Origin: Terriglobia bacterium
GTDB lineage: Bacteria; Acidobacteriota; Terriglobia; Acidiferrales; UBA7541
DNA length: 64,000 nucleotides
Direction of reading: 5' to 3'
Assembly: GCA_963695545.1 (NCBI GenBank)
Contig: OY968796.1
Location: 3,168,001 to 3,232,000 of the forward strand
Position 1 is the stretch's first letter; every line of letters starts with the position of its first letter. Below are positions 59,215-64,000 of the stretch, piece by piece. The notes under the pieces were generated by a model, which was not told the DNA's origin, did no database searches, and saw nothing but the letters and a program-made list of their open reading frames with translations. The translations under genes were made by a program, and so were the position numbers.

Positions 59215-60666
59215 CTATATGCGTTCGATCAGCGCCGCATAGAACCCATCCGTTTGCGTCGCGGCCGGAGACGTTCTCAGCGAGCCGTCCGTTCCCGCGC
59301 TCGCTTCGGCCGAAACGCCATCGGCCAGTAACGGGGCGATCACCGCCCCCGCGTCCCGCATCCGAAACCCCGCGCACTCATCGAGCGCTTCCTTCACAAC
59401 CTGCTCGTTCTCCTCCGCCTCCATCGAGCACGTCGAATAAACCAATCGCCCGCCCGGCGCGAGCAGCGGCAGCGCGTTCCGCAGCAAGCGCACTTGCTTG
59501 GCGTGCAGTTCGGCGAAATCGCCCGGCTTCAATCGCCAGCGAATCTCCGGATGCCGCGCGAGCGTCCCCGTGCCCGAGCACGGCGCGTCCACCAAAATGC
59601 GCCGGAATGTTTGCGCGAACGGCAGCGGCTCCGTGCCATCCAGCACTACGCTGCGAACATGCGCAACTCCGATGCGCTTCATCTGCGCCTCGAGCGTGCG
59701 CAATCGCCGCGCGTGAAGATCGCACGCCACAACGCTGCCGTACGGGCCCGTGGCCGTCGCAAGCAATGCCGTCTTCCCGCCCGGTGCCGCGCACAGATCG
59801 AGCACCGAATCTCCCGGCTGCACGCCCACCAGCGCCGCCACAGCCTGTGACGCTTCATCGAGCAGCACAATTTCCCCGCGCTCAAACGCATGCGTGTGGG
59901 ATGGGCTGCCTCCCGAAAGTGAAATCGCGTCGCGCAGCAATCGCCCGGCTCGCACTTCCAGGCCAGCCTTCTCAAGCGACCGCGCAACATCATCTCGCCG
60001 CGCCGGATCGAGCACCGCCCCGGAAATTCGCGGCGCGCGATTATCCGCTTCGAGCAGCGCCACAGTTTGCTCAGCGCCATACGCCCCGAGCCAGCGCTCC
60101 ACCAACCAAGTCGGATGCGAATGCAAAATTCCCAGCCGTTCCGCAATCGCCAAATCGGCCGGCACAAGCGCGTCGATCGTCACGCCGCGCGCCGCTTCCT
60201 CCGCCGCGCGCCGCAGCACCGCATTCACCAGCGTCGTGGCCGATTTTTTCCTCCCGCGCTTCACCAACTCCACCGATTCGCTCACCGCCGCCCGCGCCGG
60301 CACGCGCCCCAGAAATCGCAATTGATAAACGCCGAGCCGCAGCGAAATCAGAACCTCCGCATCGAGTCGTCCGATAGCAGTTGAACCGCGCGAAGTGTCT
60401 TTCGTGGAAGCCGGTTTGCTCGCTGCGGATTGCTTTGAAGAAAGAAGTCGCTCGATCACCCAGTCGAGCGTCCGTTGCCGTCGCAGCGTCCCCAGCGTCA
60501 ATTCCGTAGCCAGCGCCGCGTCTGGCGGCGAAATGTTCTGTTTCAATTGCTCGTGCAGCAATTCGTCCGAATATCCGCCCGCCCGCTCGACGCGCAGCAG
60601 CACGTCGAACGCAATCCTCCGCGCCACGCTCGCTTCGGTTCTCGTGCGATTTGCGATGGCATTCAT
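59215..60666 (-). CDS. rsmB: 16S rRNA m5C967 methyltransferase RsmB/Sun
   Basis: NusB-like N-terminus, SHPTW, DLCAAPGGK, DAPCSGTG, YSTCS. Confidence 0.93.
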   Translation of the reverse strand: MNAIANRTRTEASVARRIAFDVLLRVERAGGYSDELLHEQLKQNISPPDAALATELTLGTLRRQRTLDWVIERLLSSKQSAASKPASTKDTSRGSTAIGRLDAEVLISLRLGVYQLRFLGRVPARAAVSESVELVKRGRKKSATTLVNAVLRRAAEEAARGVTIDALVPADLAIAERLGILHSHPTWLVERWLGAYGAEQTVALLEADNRAPRISGAVLDPARRDDVARSLEKAGLEVRAGRLLRDAISLSGGSPSHTHAFERGEIVLLDEASQAVAALVGVQPGDSVLDLCAAPGGKTALLATATGPYGSVVACDLHARRLRTLEAQMKRIGVAHVRSVVLDGTEPLPFAQTFRRILVDAPCSGTGTLARHPEIRWRLKPGDFAELHAKQVRLLRNALPLLAPGGRLVYSTCSMEAEENEQVVKEALDECAGFRMRDAGAVIAPLLADGVSAEASAGTDGSLRTSPAATQTDGFYAALIERI

Positions 60667-60691
60667 GTGGCGGAGGCCCTCAGGCCTCCAC
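60667..60691 (+). repeat. REP-like hairpin (second family)
   Basis: GTGG-CGGAGGCC-CTCA-GGCCTCC directly before the rsmB start. Confidence 0.5.
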
Positions 60692-60723
60692 GTTGGTTCA
60701 TTGTGGTCTCACGAGACGCCGAG

Positions 60724-61113
60724 TTAGGTGCCGATTTCCATTTGAAGTCTTAGTTCTTTTCCTCGCTCGCGGTCGACCTTCACACGAACGCGGAGTGGAT
60801 TGAACCCGTCCACTCTGAGTTGGAGATAATAAATATCGCGTCCCGTTTTTGGCGCCAATGTGAATGCGCCGGCGGCGTCGGTCCTGGTTGATCGAAGCGA
60901 TTTCTTCCAGTCCGAACTAAATTCCTCGATCAAAACGCCCGGCAACGCATCGCCCGCGGTGTCCTGTACCACCCCTGCCAAAGAGCGCGCCACTTGGACG
61001 TGTCCAACCACAACAGTTTCCACGCCCTGAGCGCCAAGATGGGTGGGTAACACAAACAGAAAACTAGCGATCAGCACATTTCGGATCCACGCTCCGATGC
61101 GAACTTGGTTCAC
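60724..61113 (-). CDS. Small exported carboxypeptidase-regulatory-like (beta-sandwich) protein
   Basis: GTGA overlap with the fmt stop; signal peptide; LAGVVQDTAGDALPGV, TRTDAAGAF, YYLQLRVDGF. Confidence 0.7.
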   Translation of the reverse strand: MNQVRIGAWIRNVLIASFLFVLPTHLGAQGVETVVVGHVQVARSLAGVVQDTAGDALPGVLIEEFSSDWKKSLRSTRTDAAGAFTLAPKTGRDIYYLQLRVDGFNPLRVRVKVDRERGKELRLQMEIGT

Positions 61114-62054
61114 GGGTTTCCAAACCGTTCGCCCTGCACAAGATGTATCCCGTTCGCGAAATCGAGCGCCGCGATGCGCTTGCGCCCCTCCGCTTGCACG
61201 CCTTGAATCTCGAGGATCGTTCCTCGCCCGCACATCACGTATATCGCGCTTGAAGACGCCACGATTTCTCCGGTCACTTCCGTAGAAACCGCCACCGCGT
61301 CTGGCGCCTCTCGTCCCCAAATTTGCCACGTCTGCCCGCGCAGAGTCGTGTACGCCCCCGGCCACGGTGTAAACCCCCTGATGCGGTTATTAATTTGCCC
61401 CGCCGTTCGGTTCCAATCAATTCGCCCATCCTCTTTTTTCAACATCGGCGCAAACGTGGCCCGCGCCGAATCCTGTGCCTGCGCAGGGCAATTTCCGGCT
61501 TCAACCATTCGCAGCGCTTCAAGAACCAGCGGCGCCCCCGCCACCGCCATCCGCGCCGAAAGTTCCGGAGCGGTTTCATCCACGCCGATAGGAATTTCCT
61601 TCTGCAACACGATCGGCCCCGTATCCATCCCTGCATCAATCTGCATTGTGGTCAGTCCGGTCGTGGTCTCGCCGTTCGCGATCGCCCACGCAATCGGCGC
61701 CGCGCCGCGATATTTCGGCAGCAGCGAGGCGTGCAGATTGATCCATCCGAATCGCGGAAGCGGAAGCAGTCGCGCCGGAATAATATGACCGTAGGCGATA
61801 ATTACGATCACGTCCGGCGCAGTCTCGCGCAGAAAGTCCGTAGCTGATTCCGATTTGATCGATTCCGGTTGATAAACGTGCAGGTCGAGTTGAATCGCGG
61901 CTTCCTTCACCGGCCCTGCGGCGACTTTCTGCCCCCGCCCGCGCGGGCGGTCCGGCTGCGTGATCACGCCTTCGATCGAAAACCCAGGTTCCTCCGCGAG
62001 CCGCTGCAGGGAGGGTACGGCGAATTCAGGCGTGCCGCAGAAGACGATACGCAT
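61110..62054 (-). CDS. fmt: Methionyl-tRNA formyltransferase
   Basis: FCGTPEFA, TQPDRPRGRG, NLHASLLPKYRGAAP, MDTG. Confidence 0.97.
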   Translation of the reverse strand: MRIVFCGTPEFAVPSLQRLAEEPGFSIEGVITQPDRPRGRGQKVAAGPVKEAAIQLDLHVYQPESIKSESATDFLRETAPDVIVIIAYGHIIPARLLPLPRFGWINLHASLLPKYRGAAPIAWAIANGETTTGLTTMQIDAGMDTGPIVLQKEIPIGVDETAPELSARMAVAGAPLVLEALRMVEAGNCPAQAQDSARATFAPMLKKEDGRIDWNRTAGQINNRIRGFTPWPGAYTTLRGQTWQIWGREAPDAVAVSTEVTGEIVASSSAIYVMCGRGTILEIQGVQAEGRKRIAALDFANGIHLVQGERFGNP

Positions 62055-62112
62055 AATTGTTTTCGCGCGCTCCTCGCGGGCTAGTCGCGCAGATCCCGCG
62101 GCAATCCGCGGA

Positions 62113-62622
62113 CTACCAGTCGCCCGCCTTGCGGAGCTTGCGGATTCTGCGCTTGATCAGATCGCGTTTCAGCAGGCTGAGGTGTTGCAGAAAAAGCGTT
62201 CCGTTCAGATGATCGATCTCGTGACAAAACGCGCGCGCCAGCAATCCCTCGCCGCGCATCTCGTAACTTTTCCCGGTCGCATCCTGCGCGCGCATAGTCA
62301 CGTACAGCGGCCGCAAGACGTGCGCTCGAAATCCCGGCACTGAAAGACACCCTTCGTCCTCGCGCTGTTCGCCTTCGATGTGCACGATTTCCGGATTCGC
62401 CAGCACCAATTTTGCCTCGGGATGTTTCCCGCCGCTCACGTCCACTACTGCTAGCCGCTTGTCCAGACCGATTTGCGGCGCCGCCAGACCCACGCCTTGC
62501 GCCGCATACATCGATTCAAACATGTCCGCGCAAAGTTTTTCGAGTTCCTCATCGAACTCCGTGATCGGCTGCGTCGGCGTCTCCAGCACCTTCGCGCCGT
62601 ATTTCACAACGGGATGAATCAT
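62113..62622 (-). CDS. def: Peptide deformylase
   Basis: GVGLAAPQ, EGCLS, HEIDH. Confidence 0.97.
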   Translation of the reverse strand: MIHPVVKYGAKVLETPTQPITEFDEELEKLCADMFESMYAAQGVGLAAPQIGLDKRLAVVDVSGGKHPEAKLVLANPEIVHIEGEQREDEGCLSVPGFRAHVLRPLYVTMRAQDATGKSYEMRGEGLLARAFCHEIDHLNGTLFLQHLSLLKRDLIKRRIRKLRKAGDW

Positions 62623-62673
62623 CTTTTGGGCTAGGCCTTTCCGTCTCGCTCGCTCATCCAAATCGCGCGCCGC

Positions 62674-63855
62674 TCAAAACGCATCGAGTTGCCCCTGATA
62701 TCCCTCGAAATTCCGCCGCGTCTCTTCGATCGAATCTCCGCCAAACTTTTCAAGAAACGCTTCCGCCAGCACCAGCGCGACCATGGCCTCTCCCGCCACG
62801 CCGCCGGCCGGCACCACGCACACATCCGATCGTTCGTAAGCCGCGCGGACCGCTTCCTTCGTTTTCAGATCGACCGTGCCCAATCCGCGCCGCAGCGTCG
62901 AAATTGGTTTCAAGTATCCGCGCACGATCACGTTTTCGCCGTTCGTGATCCCGCCTTCGATCCCTCCCGCGCGATTCGTTGGCCGCGTGAATCTGTGCCG
63001 CTCCGCATCGTACGCAATTTCGTCGCCGACCTCCGAGCCATACGATTGCGCCGCCGAAACTCCCGCGCCGATCTCCACGGCCTTCACCGCCTGAATGCAC
63101 ATCACCGCGCGCGCGAGTTTTCCATCGATTTTTTCGTCCCACTGCGCGTGCGATCCCAATCCCGGCGGCACGCCGCGCGCGACCACCTCGAAAATTCCAC
63201 CCACCGAATCTCCCGCGCGCAAAACCTGATCCACTTCCGCCTTCATCCTCGCTTCAGTTTCCGGATCAACGCATCGCAAAGGTGAATCAAGATTCGCGCA
63301 AACCGCCGCAATTTCGTCCCACGTCGCCGCGCGTTCCAAACGCACCTTGCCAACCGAGATAACGTGGCTGAAAATTGTCACGCCGAATTCCTTCAACAAT
63401 ATTTTCGCAAGCGCTCCCGCCGCCACGCGCGCCGCCGTTTCCCGCGCCGACGCCCGCTCGAGCACGATGCGCGCATCATGCACATTCAGTTTCAGCGCGC
63501 CCGCCAGATCCGCATGTCCCGGCCTCGCCGCTGTCAGCGGACGCGAAGCCGTTTCCGCGCCCGCGGCATCTTCGATCGGCTCCACGGGCAATATTTTTTC
63601 CCAGTTCGCCCAGTCACGATTTTCAATGCGCAATGCAATCGGCGCCCCGATGGTTTTTCCAAGGCGAATCCCCGCGAACGCCTCCACGCGGTCCTTCTCG
63701 ATTTTTTGCCGCCCTCCGCGCCCGTAACCCAGCTGCCTGCGATGCAATTCTCCGTGAATGAATTCCAGGTTCACGGGCAGGCCCGATGGCAGCCCCGAGA
63801 TCCAAGCCAGCAAGGCTTGGCCATGCGATTCGCCGGCAGTGAAGAAGCGCAACAT
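62674..63855 (-). CDS. aroC: Chorismate synthase
   Basis: TAGESHG, RPGHAD, ERASARETA, KPISTL, ERSD. Confidence 0.97.
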   Translation of the reverse strand: MLRFFTAGESHGQALLAWISGLPSGLPVNLEFIHGELHRRQLGYGRGGRQKIEKDRVEAFAGIRLGKTIGAPIALRIENRDWANWEKILPVEPIEDAAGAETASRPLTAARPGHADLAGALKLNVHDARIVLERASARETAARVAAGALAKILLKEFGVTIFSHVISVGKVRLERAATWDEIAAVCANLDSPLRCVDPETEARMKAEVDQVLRAGDSVGGIFEVVARGVPPGLGSHAQWDEKIDGKLARAVMCIQAVKAVEIGAGVSAAQSYGSEVGDEIAYDAERHRFTRPTNRAGGIEGGITNGENVIVRGYLKPISTLRRGLGTVDLKTKEAVRAAYERSDVCVVPAGGVAGEAMVALVLAEAFLEKFGGDSIEETRRNFEGYQGQLDAF

Positions 63856-64000
63856 GAGAAAGGATGTATCCGATTCGCGCGAAGCGCGAATCCCAGATTG
63901 TATCGGAGCGTTCACGAGCGGTAAAGCTCGCCACACCTCGCAGCATTCCGATGCGCAGTTCCGCGCTTGACGCGGCCGGGAGCGGACGCTACGCTCAGCA

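Noticed and set aside
60667..60730. Integron attC site after the small exported gene (ACCTAAC at its stop)
   Set aside because: No complementary GTTRRRY end or L boxes, and no integrase

Overview
A GC-rich bacterial chromosomal segment that looks acidobacterial (inferred from gene families such as the VWA protein, POTRA-only protein and cohesin-secretin trio, and from the fmt-rsmB-PASTA-rpe-bamD order). It holds about 52 CDS, mostly housekeeping: smpB, pepA, argS, metG, tatD, polyprenyl synthetase, glmS, purS, add, uvrD/pcrA, an LPS inner-core operon, comEC, rlmD, coaX, birA, valS, bamD, rpe, rsmB, fmt, def and aroC. The left ~16 kb is accessory: an oligogalacturonate lyase, a sulfite/nitrite reductase with a HEPN-like tail and partner gene, a multi-domain OmpA, a uxaE-HAD-LarA-family hexuronate cluster, an atypical ion channel and a secretin/pseudopilin trio. 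I found no rRNA, tRNA, CRISPR array, transposase or prophage. The main leads are: (1) a RomR/PopZ-like polarity-scaffold candidate directly upstream of valS; (2) an ICMT-family methyltransferase and a motif-less HldE-like nucleotidyltransferase inside the LPS operon; (3) a DnaD-like domain protein; (4) a ~0.8 kb non-coding element with its own promoter, palindromes and repeats, lying within a G-skewed zone; (5) a C-loop small-RNA candidate; (6) a metal-ligand-depleted S1/P1-like pseudoenzyme; (7) a valS reading frame broken by about 7 indels. All family calls are motif recognition by eye; no database searches were run.
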